Source: Nitrososphaerales archaeon (GTDB lineage Archaea; Thermoproteota; Nitrososphaeria; Nitrososphaerales; UBA213). From it: a stretch of DNA of 64,000 nt. Of this stretch, positions 26,175-35,778 are shown one piece after another; position 1 is the stretch's first letter; each line of letters begins with the position of its first letter. The notes beneath the pieces are model-generated. The model made no database searches and had not been told where the DNA came from. It saw only the letters and a program-made list of their open reading frames with translations. The stretch covers positions 2,504-66,503 of the forward strand of contig JBHICH010000003.1 in the NCBI GenBank assembly GCA_046759465.1, read 5' to 3'. The position numbers and the translations under genes are program-made.

Positions 26175-27701
26175 TTGAAAATGATAAACAGGATTCTCAT
26201 CGCAAATAGGGGAGAGATTGCAATAAGGCTAATTAGGGCATGCAGAGAGTTAAGTATCAAAAGTGTTGCAGTTTATTCCGATGAAGACGCACAGGCAATG
26301 CATGTTAGACTTGCAGACGAAGCTTACCATATTGGTCCGCCAAGTCCAGCTGAAAGTTATCTTAAGATAAACAAGATAATTGAAACAGCAGAGAACGTAG
26401 GTGCAGATGCAATACACCCAGGTTATGGATTTCTGGCAGAAAATGCAGAATTTGCTGGTGCATGTGAAAATGCTGGAATAATATTCATCGGTCCAACAAG
26501 TAAAACACTAAGACTTACTGGGGACAAGATGCAGTGCAAAGGTGTTATGAAGAAAGCTAGTGTACCCGTTGTGCCTGGAAGTGATGATACACTTGAGGAA
26601 GTGGAGAAGGCGCTTGACATTGCAGAAGATGTTGGCTGGCCTGTTTTGCTGAAGTCGGCTTATGGTGGTGGAGGCAGGGGTATAAGGGTTGCAAATAATG
26701 AGAAACAGCTTAGGCAAGAATTTGAAATGGTATTGACGGAAGCCAAAAATGCCTTCGGTCGTTCCGCACTTTACGTTGAAAAATTTATGCCAAGAGTAAG
26801 GCACATCGAATTTCAGTTAGTTAGAGATTCATATGGAAATGCCTTGCATTTATTCGAGAGAGAGTGCTCGATTCAAAGAAGGCATCAGAAATTAATTGAA
26901 ATCTCACCATCTCCGGTTGTTAACAATGAAACTAGAAATAAAATTGGTAGCATTGGTGTTAAAGCTGTCAATGCTGCAAACTACCTTAATGCTGGCACGG
27001 TTGAATTTTTGTGCGACGAGAAGGGAAAATTCTACTTTATGGAAATTAACTCTAGGTTGCAAGTTGAACATCCAGTAACTGAACTGATTACTGGAATAGA
27101 TCTCGTAAAGTTGCAGATAAACATCGCTTCTGGAAAAGATATATCTTTCAAGCAAAATGATCTAAAACTAAGCGGATGTGCAATTGAGTGCAGAATCAAT
27201 GCCGAGGATCCGTTGAATGACTTCGCGCCTTCATCTGGTCCAGTTCCACGTTGCAGTATACCATATGGTCCTGGAATAAGAGTTGACACTTATCTTTACC
27301 CGGGCTGTACGGTATCTGGATATTACGATTCACTTGTTGCCAAGTTAATTGCATGGGGCAGGGACTTCGACGAAGCAAGGAGAAGGATGAAGAATGCACT
27401 GGACGAATTCTACATTGAAGGAATAAGCACTACAATACCATTGTATAAAACAATAATGAATGATCCAATATTCATTCGAGGAGATCTCTCAACAGATTAT
27501 CTTGAAAGGTTCAAGATATTTGAAAAGGTCGAGTCCACGGCAAAGGCAAGCGCGAAGGATAATGTTGATGCCATAGTTGCAGCTGCCCTGCTTCACTCCA
27601 CTCTGATAAGAATGGGGAACTCATCGGAACAAAACACAAATAAGCAATCAGGATGGAAGGAAGCAGGAAGATTCGTAAGGAGCTACAGCTATGGAATTTA
27701 A
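26175..27701 (+). CDS. accC: Biotin carboxylase subunit
   Basis: ILIANRGEIAIR, the ATP-grasp loop GGGGRGIR and EMNSRLQVEHPVTE. Confidence 0.95.
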   Translation: MKMINRILIANRGEIAIRLIRACRELSIKSVAVYSDEDAQAMHVRLADEAYHIGPPSPAESYLKINKIIETAENVGADAIHPGYGFLAENAEFAGACENAGIIFIGPTSKTLRLTGDKMQCKGVMKKASVPVVPGSDDTLEEVEKALDIAEDVGWPVLLKSAYGGGGRGIRVANNEKQLRQEFEMVLTEAKNAFGRSALYVEKFMPRVRHIEFQLVRDSYGNALHLFERECSIQRRHQKLIEISPSPVVNNETRNKIGSIGVKAVNAANYLNAGTVEFLCDEKGKFYFMEINSRLQVEHPVTELITGIDLVKLQINIASGKDISFKQNDLKLSGCAIECRINAEDPLNDFAPSSGPVPRCSIPYGPGIRVDTYLYPGCTVSGYYDSLVAKLIAWGRDFDEARRRMKNALDEFYIEGISTTIPLYKTIMNDPIFIRGDLSTDYLERFKIFEKVESTAKASAKDNVDAIVAAALLHSTLIRMGNSSEQNTNKQSGWKEAGRFVRSYSYGI

Positions 27702-28203
27702 TATTGAAGACCTAGCAATTACTCTCAATGCAGAGATATTAAAGAGAGTCAGCGGTGACGAAATGGTCATCAAGATTGGCGATAAAGAGCACAAGATACA
27801 TATTCTCTGCAGCAACAGCAACGAGGTTCAGTTCATGCTTGATAATTCTTATCACTATGCAAAGTATGTGCAAGTTAACAGCACTGACATGAAGTTAATA
27901 GTCGATGGGTATCCGGTTACTGTAAGCAAGTTTGCCGAGTTGCGCTCGATAGCACAAAAATCATCTGGAGCACAGTCATCAAGTGCAGCTCAGAGATTTC
28001 TTACAAGTTCGATTCCTGGCAGGGTAGTTTCTGTTGTTGCAAAACTAAATGATGAGATAAAGAAGGGAGATATCGTGGTTGTTCTTGAATCAATGAAGAT
28101 GCAAGTGGCAATTAAAGCACACAAGGATGGCACAGTTAAGGAGCTCAAGGTTAAGGAAGGCTTAGGCATCTCAAGAAATGATGTTGTTGCTGTGATTGAA
28201 TAA
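27691..28203 (+). CDS. accB: Biotin carboxyl carrier protein
   Basis: C-terminal biotinyl domain with LESMKMQ. It overlaps accC by 11 nt. Confidence 0.85.
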   Translation: MEFNIEDLAITLNAEILKRVSGDEMVIKIGDKEHKIHILCSNSNEVQFMLDNSYHYAKYVQVNSTDMKLIVDGYPVTVSKFAELRSIAQKSSGAQSSSAAQRFLTSSIPGRVVSVVAKLNDEIKKGDIVVVLESMKMQVAIKAHKDGTVKELKVKEGLGISRNDVVAVIE

Positions 28204-28208
28204 AAAGT

Positions 28209-28760
28209 TTAGATGTCTCTTAATACCTGCTTGATCTCTTCGTAGTTTGGCTCTATCAGCGGATTTTCAGATACCCACTTGTATTTTACATTGCCATTTG
28301 GGTCTATAACGAATACTGATCGCTTTGCCGCGTTGTACTGCTTTACGTGTAACAGATCTGGCATTACCACACCATACTTTCTTACAGCTTCTCTTGCATA
28401 GTCACTTAACACTGGAAAGTTCAGAGCATGCATCTCTACAAACTGCTTATTTGCAAAAGGCCCATCAACGCTTACAGCGACTACCTGCGCATCCACTTGA
28501 CTTATCTCATCCAAGGAGTCCCTGAATGAACACATCTCTCTAGTGCATACTGGGGACATTGCAGCAGGAAAGAATGCAAGTACAACTTTCTTACCCTTGA
28601 AATCCTGCAAACTCCTCATATTCAATGTGGGATCTGGGAGCACAAAGTCTGGCGCTTTACTGCCAACTTCTGGTGCCTTCATCTGTGGTTTTGGTTTTGG
28701 CCTTGCAGCTCGTTTCCTCTTTTTCTTCGCTTTTACCTTGGAAGCTCTTTTTTTGGCCAT
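28209..28760 (-). CDS. bcp: Peroxiredoxin (Bcp-type) with a polybasic N-terminal extension
   Basis: FFPAAMSPVCTREMC (CxxxxC Bcp motif). The N-terminal 26 aa are Lys/Arg/Pro-rich. An alternative ATG lies at 28682. Confidence 0.88.
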   Translation of the reverse strand: MAKKRASKVKAKKKRKRAARPKPKPQMKAPEVGSKAPDFVLPDPTLNMRSLQDFKGKKVVLAFFPAAMSPVCTREMCSFRDSLDEISQVDAQVVAVSVDGPFANKQFVEMHALNFPVLSDYAREAVRKYGVVMPDLLHVKQYNAAKRSVFVIDPNGNVKYKWVSENPLIEPNYEEIKQVLRDI

Positions 28761-28841
28761 AACTTGAAATGTGCTAAGAGATTATAAAAGAGTTTCTGGA
28801 TTTATCGAAAATGCTATTAACTTTTGCACTAAAGCACTGAT

Positions 28842-29372
28842 ATGGTTAAAGTAAACAAATTTTCCGTTGAATTGATTAAAGGTGACATAACTGAACTTCA
28901 TACTGATGCAATTGTTAACGCTGCAAATTCAAAATTGCGGCATGGAGCAGGTGTTGCATGGGCAATTATAAACAAAGGCGGATACGTAATTCAGAAAGAG
29001 TCAGATAAACTGCATTTCTGTCTAGTTGGTAATGCTGTTATAACTACTGCTGGAAAGCTCAAAGCGAAATATGTTATACATGCGGTTGGTCCTGTCAGGG
29101 GTGAAGGCAATGAGGATGCCAAACTGAAGAGTGCAACCTTAAGTGCACTGAAACTTGCAGATAAATACAAACTCAGGAGCATCGCTTTTCCGGCCATTTC
29201 AACTGGGGCCTTTAGATTTCCAAAAGATAGATGCGCAAATGTGATGTTAAATGCCGTAGCAGACTATGCTGAGGAGACTACTGGTCTAGAGAAGGTCATC
29301 TTCTGCCTTTATGATGATGAAACCTTCGAAGTCTTTAAAGATGTCCTACAGCAGGTAACTAAAACTCACTGA
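28842..29372 (+). CDS. Macro-domain protein (ADP-ribose binding/hydrolase)
   Basis: GDITELHTDAIVNAANSKLRHGAGVA and FPAISTGAFRFP motifs. Confidence 0.88.
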   Translation: MVKVNKFSVELIKGDITELHTDAIVNAANSKLRHGAGVAWAIINKGGYVIQKESDKLHFCLVGNAVITTAGKLKAKYVIHAVGPVRGEGNEDAKLKSATLSALKLADKYKLRSIAFPAISTGAFRFPKDRCANVMLNAVADYAEETTGLEKVIFCLYDDETFEVFKDVLQQVTKTH

Positions 29373-30532
29373 TTCAGGGCATACTTAAATTTGTAGGGAG
29401 AAACTTCTCTCAACGTACTCACAACGTTACCCAGAGTTCTAACTGTCTGGTCAATCTCACCAGAAGTATTCTGAATCCCAAGTGTTAATCTCAACGAGCC
29501 GGTTATCTCTTCATGATTGAACCCCATTGCTTTGAGCACATAGGATGCTTTCTGCTTTTGAACCGAACATGCAGAGCCTGTTGAGGCAGCAATTCCATTT
29601 TCATCAAGTTTTATGATCAGATCCTCGCCGTTAACTCCTAAGAATGTAAAGTGTACGTTGTTAGGCAATCTTTTTGTTGGATGACCGTTTAGTTTTGAAT
29701 GTGTTATATTTTTTAACAAATCGCTAATCAATCTGTCACTTAAATTTCTGACGTTGTTAGAATAATAATCGATATTCTGCAAAGCAACTTCTGCAGCTTT
29801 GCCCATGCCAACTATTCCTGCAACATTCTGTGTTCCTGACCTCATTTCCTTCTCCTGTCCTCCTCCATGGAGTATTGGTTCCATTTTTAGGCCATTGTTT
29901 ATGTATAAAGCACCTACACCCTTTGGCCCATACATTTTATGAGCAGATAGTGTTATCATATCTACTCCAAGTTTTTTAACATCAACTGGAATCTTTCCAA
30001 CAGCTTGAACCGCATCTGTATGGAATATCACTTGATGTTTGTGAACAATATTTACAATTTCCTTTACAGGCTGTATTGTTCCAACTTCGTTGTTTGCAAA
30101 CATTACGCTAACTAGAATTGTCTTTTCATTTATTGAACGCTCTAAAGCATCTAGATCAACCATGCCGTATCTGTCTACCGGAAGATAGTTTACATCGAAT
30201 CCAGCACCTTGAAGTTCCTTGCATGACTCCAGAACGGCTTCATGTTCTATGCTACTTGTGATTATTTGATTGCCCTTACTTCTCATTGCATAAGCAAAAC
30301 CTTTCAATGCAAGATTATTTGCTTCTGTTGCTCCCGAAGTAAATATAATCTCACCTTGAGAATTTATCAGTTTAGAAATTCTTTTCCTTGCAAGTTCAAT
30401 AGCATTAGCTGCCTGTCTTCCAAGTTTGTGAATAGACGACGGATTCCCATAGTACTCCTTCAAGTAGGGAAGTATTTCATTCAATACATCATCGGATAAC
30501 GGTGTGGAGGCTGCATTGTCTAAATAGATCAT
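29366..30532 (-). CDS. nifS: Cysteine desulfurase (NifS/IscS class)
   Basis: MIYLDNAASTP N-terminus, PLP-lysine context SAHKMYGPKG and active-site Cys STGSACS. Confidence 0.92.
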   Translation of the reverse strand: MIYLDNAASTPLSDDVLNEILPYLKEYYGNPSSIHKLGRQAANAIELARKRISKLINSQGEIIFTSGATEANNLALKGFAYAMRSKGNQIITSSIEHEAVLESCKELQGAGFDVNYLPVDRYGMVDLDALERSINEKTILVSVMFANNEVGTIQPVKEIVNIVHKHQVIFHTDAVQAVGKIPVDVKKLGVDMITLSAHKMYGPKGVGALYINNGLKMEPILHGGGQEKEMRSGTQNVAGIVGMGKAAEVALQNIDYYSNNVRNLSDRLISDLLKNITHSKLNGHPTKRLPNNVHFTFLGVNGEDLIIKLDENGIAASTGSACSVQKQKASYVLKAMGFNHEEITGSLRLTLGIQNTSGEIDQTVRTLGNVVSTLREVSPYKFKYALNQ

Positions 30533-31339
30533 TTAAACTACATTCAAACTACCAGTTTTATAACCGCTTGCTTCTATCGCAACAAACTTGAAACCTAATT
30601 TCTTTAATTCAACATCCAGCTGATCCAACTTTTCCTGATCAAACAACAATTTGCGCTCATTCATTCCAACCTCTATCCTTGCAATCTCACCATGATCTCT
30701 TACTCTGACCTGCTTAACGCCAAAGAGTTTCTTTACTACAATTTCTGCTTGCTCTATCTTCTTCAGTTTGTCAGCTGTGACTTGCGTGCCGTGTGGAATC
30801 CTTGATGCCAAACAGGCATTAGAGGGTTTATCGAATATAGATAAGTTTACCGAATTGGCTATCTGCCTAACTTCTTCCTTTGTTATAGAAAGTTCAACAA
30901 GTGGGCTCTTAACTCCATGTTGGCTTAGCGCTTTTATTCCAGGACGAAAATCAGTCAAGTCATCAGCATTTGTTCCATCTACAACCAACTTCGCTCTTTC
31001 TTTTTTGGCAACATCAATCAGATGCTTTCCCAATTCGTCTCTGCAGTAAAAGCATCTAAACTCGTCATTCTTGACGAAGTCCTCATTATCCAATTCACTG
31101 TATTCAATTATTTTATGCCTTATTCCGATCTCTTCCGCTACCTTTCTAGCACTCTGGAGCTCCTCATCTGAGAACGTTTTGTAGTCTGCAGTAACTGCAA
31201 TCGCATTACCATTTAATGCCTTTTTTGCTGCATATGCAACCACTGCACTATCAACCCCACCAGACAGTGCTACAATAACCTTACCTTTATCAACGAACCA
31301 GTACACCAGTTCATCAAACTTTCTGTCCACTTGCATCAT
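30533..31339 (-). CDS. larE: LarE-type ATP-dependent sulfur transferase (PP-loop), three-Cys variant
   Basis: PP-loop ALSGGVDSAV. Cys residues occur in RCFYCRDE (CxxC) and SNACLASRIP. The gene abuts nifS with no spacer. Confidence 0.85.
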   Translation of the reverse strand: MMQVDRKFDELVYWFVDKGKVIVALSGGVDSAVVAYAAKKALNGNAIAVTADYKTFSDEELQSARKVAEEIGIRHKIIEYSELDNEDFVKNDEFRCFYCRDELGKHLIDVAKKERAKLVVDGTNADDLTDFRPGIKALSQHGVKSPLVELSITKEEVRQIANSVNLSIFDKPSNACLASRIPHGTQVTADKLKKIEQAEIVVKKLFGVKQVRVRDHGEIARIEVGMNERKLLFDQEKLDQLDVELKKLGFKFVAIEASGYKTGSLNVV

Positions 31340-32580
31340 TTTTTTAACACCGAGAGTTTCTCCAGTATTGCTTGATTTATCATTGACGATGCTATTCTAT
31401 AAGGAATGTTAAGCTTTGCAGCAACATTCTTTACATCATCGTACTCAGGCTTTGCATACAGAATTTTATCCTGTTCTTTAACAACCTTAACTCTAATAAC
31501 AAACTCTTCTCCCCGGATGCTCACTGGAACTGAAAGCACGACCCTAGGCACAACATATCTTGAAGTTTCCTGCACTCTAACGCCAAGAGTTCCAGATTCC
31601 TGTATCAATGTATTTAGAACCGTGTTTAACTGTTCATAACCACATATTACCCTGATTATGTGTGCTGGCCTACTCTTCTTACTTATTACCGGAATCACGC
31701 TGACATCCTTAGCACCTGTTTCCATCAAGTTATCAATCAAACTGCCAATTACTTCTCCACTTGCATCATCAACATTTGTTTCAAGCAAGTGAACTGTATC
31801 CATCTCCAACTTTTGCACCTCCTTGCCAAGAACCAACTTTAACACATTCGGAAAGTTTTCAAAGTTCTTACTTCCAGCACCATAGCCAACCTTGATTGGT
31901 TGTAGCGTAGGGTAAAAATCCAATGAGCCTTTTGCCAGATTAACTAGCATAGATGCCCCAGTTGGAGTTGTAAGCTCGCTGTCAGCGGGTCCTCCCATGA
32001 GTGTAAAGTTCCTGTTCTTGAATATCTCAAGTATAGCACTCCCAGGGTTTGTGGTAGTGCCATGCGAGAATGTAAGCGAGCTACCTCCAACCGCAACTCT
32101 GCTGGAATAGATGTCAGCACTAAACAATCCAAGGTCCTGTATTGCAACTGCTGAACCCACTATATCGACCAACGTATCTATACTAGAAGCTTCATGCAGA
32201 TGCACCATGCTGTACGCTTCCCCATGAACCTTTGACTCTGCTTCTATAAGCACCTTTATGCTCGCAAGTGCAAAGGACTTTGTTTTGTTTTCTAAATCAA
32301 GTGAATCGCAGCACCTTGCTATGGCGTCGTAAACTTCCACACCTTTGCGTTCGTGACCTTTGTCATCGTACTTAATGTTGAGCACAGTTGCCCGAAAACC
32401 TGATCTCTTAACTTCTTCAAAAGACGCATTGATTATCCTGCTTCCTTCAAGAAACTTTTGGCAGGACATGATAGCATCGATGACCTTCATCCTGTTTGCA
32501 CCAAGATCGACCAATGAAGATAGTAACATATCGCCAGATATTCCAGCGATCTGGCAATCAAACACCGCTAACATGCACAA
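31336..32580 (-). CDS. larC: LarC nickel-insertion protein (DUF111)
   Basis: N-terminal AGISGDMLLSSLVDLG and the DUF111 length (414 aa). It overlaps larE by 4 nt. Confidence 0.85.
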   Translation of the reverse strand: MCMLAVFDCQIAGISGDMLLSSLVDLGANRMKVIDAIMSCQKFLEGSRIINASFEEVKRSGFRATVLNIKYDDKGHERKGVEVYDAIARCCDSLDLENKTKSFALASIKVLIEAESKVHGEAYSMVHLHEASSIDTLVDIVGSAVAIQDLGLFSADIYSSRVAVGGSSLTFSHGTTTNPGSAILEIFKNRNFTLMGGPADSELTTPTGASMLVNLAKGSLDFYPTLQPIKVGYGAGSKNFENFPNVLKLVLGKEVQKLEMDTVHLLETNVDDASGEVIGSLIDNLMETGAKDVSVIPVISKKSRPAHIIRVICGYEQLNTVLNTLIQESGTLGVRVQETSRYVVPRVVLSVPVSIRGEEFVIRVKVVKEQDKILYAKPEYDDVKNVAAKLNIPYRIASSMINQAILEKLSVLKK

Positions 32581-32664
32581 AGTGTAATTGTCGTTATTAA
32601 TATAAATTTATTTTACAGTTGTACATTAAATCAACATTGTAATTTAATGAAAACCTATAAGTAA

Positions 32665-33597
32665 TTGCACTATCTACGGCATTGCGTGATAACTATTATT
32701 GGCTCTGGCAAAGTTGGTAGCTCGATAGCGTTGCAGATCGCATTAAAAGAGTTGGATGATATCTTATTGCTTGACATAATTCAAGGATTACCCCAAGGAG
32801 AAGCTATGGATATAACTCATCTTCTTTCTGAGCGTGGAATCGATGTTAATGTGAGGGGTTCCAATGATTACTCTGAAATGCAAGGTTCAGATATCGTTGT
32901 TTTAGTTGCGGGAGTTGGCAGAAAGCCTGGAATGACTAGAATGGATCTTTTGAACCAAAACGCGTCAATAGTAAATGATGTTGCAGGAAAGATAGCTCAA
33001 CATGCAAAGGATTGCAAGGTAATCACGGTTACCAATCCACTCGACCCCATGACATATCTAACATTAAAGGTAACAAAGTTAAAGCCTAACAAGGTGTGCG
33101 GAATGGGAAACATGCTCGATGTGTCCAGGTTCAAGAGTTCAATTGCGGATGCTCTAAAAGTCTCTAGAGGAACGATAAAGGCTTTGGTTATTGGTGAGCA
33201 TGGCGAGAATATGTTGCCATTGATAAGATACTCATCTGTATCAGGAGAATCGTTAACAAAATTTCTCTCAAACGAGAAGGCAAAAGAGTTAGTTGAAAAC
33301 ACAAGAAAGGTAGCGATAGAAGTTATTACTCTTAAGGGTGCAACGATCTATGCTCCAGCAAATGGTGTAACTAGAATTGTTGAATCGATGGTTAAAGACA
33401 AGAAAGAGGTTTTGCCTGTTGCCGCTTATCTAAATGGAGAATATGGTCTTAGAGATATCTGTATTGGGGTTCCAGCAGTTATAGGCAGTGATGGTGTTGA
33501 GCGTATAATAGAACTTGAACTTAATAGCGAAGAAAAGGAATGGTTTTCGAAAGGGGTCGAAAGTATAAAGAACGCAGTAGGCAGCTTGACACTTTAG
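32665..33597 (+). CDS. mdh: Malate (L-2-hydroxyacid) dehydrogenase, LDH-like family
   Basis: [10 protein letters not shown] Rossmann motif, [19 protein letters not shown] and the catalytic IGEHG. The start could instead be GTG 32686. Confidence 0.85.
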   Translation: MHYLRHCVITIIGSGKVGSSIALQIALKELDDILLLDIIQGLPQGEAMDITHLLSERGIDVNVRGSNDYSEMQGSDIVVLVAGVGRKPGMTRMDLLNQNASIVNDVAGKIAQHAKDCKVITVTNPLDPMTYLTLKVTKLKPNKVCGMGNMLDVSRFKSSIADALKVSRGTIKALVIGEHGENMLPLIRYSSVSGESLTKFLSNEKAKELVENTRKVAIEVITLKGATIYAPANGVTRIVESMVKDKKEVLPVAAYLNGEYGLRDICIGVPAVIGSDGVERIIELELNSEEKEWFSKGVESIKNAVGSLTL

Positions 33598-33726
33598 TTT
33601 GAAACCACAAATACTTTTATATCGTTTCTCTCGTGGGGATATTCAAGCGATGATTGCTCAGATCGCAGACTCCTGCCTGCGGTTTTTGTCCGAGTTAGAT
33701 CATTCAGCTAGCGGTAGTGTATCAAT

Positions 33727-34599
33727 ATGAGAAACACAATAAATGTAGCTGTGATGGTGAAGCTAGAGCCAGATCTTTCGGAAGGTAATGTTAGTTATAA
33801 TCGCGATGGTACGCTCAACAGATCACAAACAAAGAGCATCCTTGGAGCGCATAGTGCGATTGCCTCTAGAGCTGCATTTTACTCTAAGGTTCTGTATGAT
33901 GCCAACATCAAAGTGTGTTCGATGGGTCCTCCTATAGCTGAAGTTGCATTGAAACAATCAATGGAAATATGCGGTGCAGATGAATTACATTTGTACAGTG
34001 ACAGGCTCTTCGCAGGTGCAGATACGCTTTCGACTGCCGAAGTTCTTAAGAATGGCATTCAGAAGATGGATTCAATTGATCTTGTAATAAGCGGGCACAG
34101 AGCAGTTGATGGTGAGACTGGTCAAACAGGTCCACAAACTGCATGGAAGTTAGGTTTTAATTTTTTGGGCAATGTGATCGGCTATAGCATCGATATAGCT
34201 GCCAAAACACTACATGCTAGACGACTTATTGAACTGCAGGGACTTTACAACGTTCTTGAAGAAGTGGATTGCTCGTTACCAGCTGTTATTTCGGTCGATC
34301 CTAGTTACAAAGAATCATACACTGTAGTCTCGCAGAGGTTAAAGTATGTCAGATTGCTAAAAGAAGCAGCAAAGAGAGTACAGAATTACAAGCATTATAT
34401 CAAGGTCTGGAATTCGGAAGACTTGGGAGCAGATGCCAAGTATGTTGGTTTGCCAGGTTCTCCAACGATCGTATACAAGGTTGAAAGAATCCCGAAGGCG
34501 AAGGCTAGCAGAAAGGCGCAGATCATAGGTGCCAGCGATATAAACGCAATAGCAAGTCTAGGAAAGAAACTGGTTGAGCTTGCAAATAGAAGGGGATAG
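33727..34599 (+). CDS. etfB: Electron transfer flavoprotein beta subunit (FixA-like)
   Basis: EtfB pattern ADTLSTAEVL ... DLVISGHRAVDGETGQTGPQTAWKLG. Confidence 0.88.
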   Translation: MRNTINVAVMVKLEPDLSEGNVSYNRDGTLNRSQTKSILGAHSAIASRAAFYSKVLYDANIKVCSMGPPIAEVALKQSMEICGADELHLYSDRLFAGADTLSTAEVLKNGIQKMDSIDLVISGHRAVDGETGQTGPQTAWKLGFNFLGNVIGYSIDIAAKTLHARRLIELQGLYNVLEEVDCSLPAVISVDPSYKESYTVVSQRLKYVRLLKEAAKRVQNYKHYIKVWNSEDLGADAKYVGLPGSPTIVYKVERIPKAKASRKAQIIGASDINAIASLGKKLVELANRRG

Positions 34600-34602
34600 A
34601 CT

Positions 34603-35778
34603 ATGCGAGAGAAGTATCAGCATCTAGTGGTTTGTTTCGAGCATGATGATGGAGAACCCTTGAATATAAGTTTTGAAATGCTCGGAGAGGCCAGAAGACT
34701 GATGGATGGTTACAACAAAAAATATTCTACAAATGAAAAGGTAATTGCAATCATTCTTGGCCATAATATCAAGCCTCTTTGTAATGAGGCAATATATCAT
34801 GGCGCAGATGCTATTATCTTCTCAGATCATCAAGAATTAAGATATCCCAAGATAATGGTTGATACAAAAATAATAAGTTCTATCGTTAAGGATAGAAAAA
34901 TAATTTCTGCAGCAGTTCCCAGTACGTCGGAAGATTACATCAAACCAAGATACATGTTCTTCGGCGCAGATGCTATTGGAAGACATCTTTCTTCTACAGT
35001 ATTAGCCGAACTTGAATCCGGGCTTGCCTCCGATGTTAACAAGTTGGCGGTTGATGATGTTACTATAACACATATGCATAAAACAAAAGGTAAACCAGAG
35101 AGTTATGGCAAGATACTCTTCATGTACAGACCTGACTTCAGTGGATTTCTTTGGACTCAAATATTATGTCTGGACAACATGAATTCCGACATCCAGCGTG
35201 AATATTCTCCACAGGGTTGCAGTATAATTCCTGGAGTGTTTCAGCCACTGGCGAGAGATGAAAATAGAAAAGGTAGAATCGTAGGATATGAACCCAGTTT
35301 TGCTGCCAAAGATCTCAAGTTCGTTATAAAGAAAAGAGAAATAATCAAGAGCGAGGTACCACTTGAAGACAAGACTGCTGTTATAGCTTTTGGAAGAGGA
35401 ATAAAAGATAGTCCAGAAAGTAACATCAAACTCATTGAGCAGTTTGCAAAAGAGCTGAATGCTGAGGTTGCAATTTCGCTTCCTCTCTCTAAGCAACCGT
35501 ACAGTGTCAGCCAGTCAATAAACTCAACATATTTTATACCAGCAAGGGTAGTAGGCACGAGCGGCAAGAAGATAAAGCCCCAACTTTACGTAGCAATTGG
35601 TATAAGCGGTGCAGTGCAACATATAGTTGGAATGAAGGATTCCGATTTCGTTATTTCAATAAATCCTGATGAAAATGCTCCAATAAAGGATGAAAGTGAT
35701 GTATTCATACATGGTAGACTAGAGGATGTTTTACCCAATTTGATAACCTCGATCAAGAAGTTCAAGAGTGATAAGTAA
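34603..35778 (+). CDS. etfA: Electron transfer flavoprotein alpha subunit (FixB-like)
   Basis: C-terminal FAD domain PQLYVAIGISGAVQHIVGM...VISINPDENAPI. Confidence 0.88.
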   Translation: MREKYQHLVVCFEHDDGEPLNISFEMLGEARRLMDGYNKKYSTNEKVIAIILGHNIKPLCNEAIYHGADAIIFSDHQELRYPKIMVDTKIISSIVKDRKIISAAVPSTSEDYIKPRYMFFGADAIGRHLSSTVLAELESGLASDVNKLAVDDVTITHMHKTKGKPESYGKILFMYRPDFSGFLWTQILCLDNMNSDIQREYSPQGCSIIPGVFQPLARDENRKGRIVGYEPSFAAKDLKFVIKKREIIKSEVPLEDKTAVIAFGRGIKDSPESNIKLIEQFAKELNAEVAISLPLSKQPYSVSQSINSTYFIPARVVGTSGKKIKPQLYVAIGISGAVQHIVGMKDSDFVISINPDENAPIKDESDVFIHGRLEDVLPNLITSIKKFKSDK

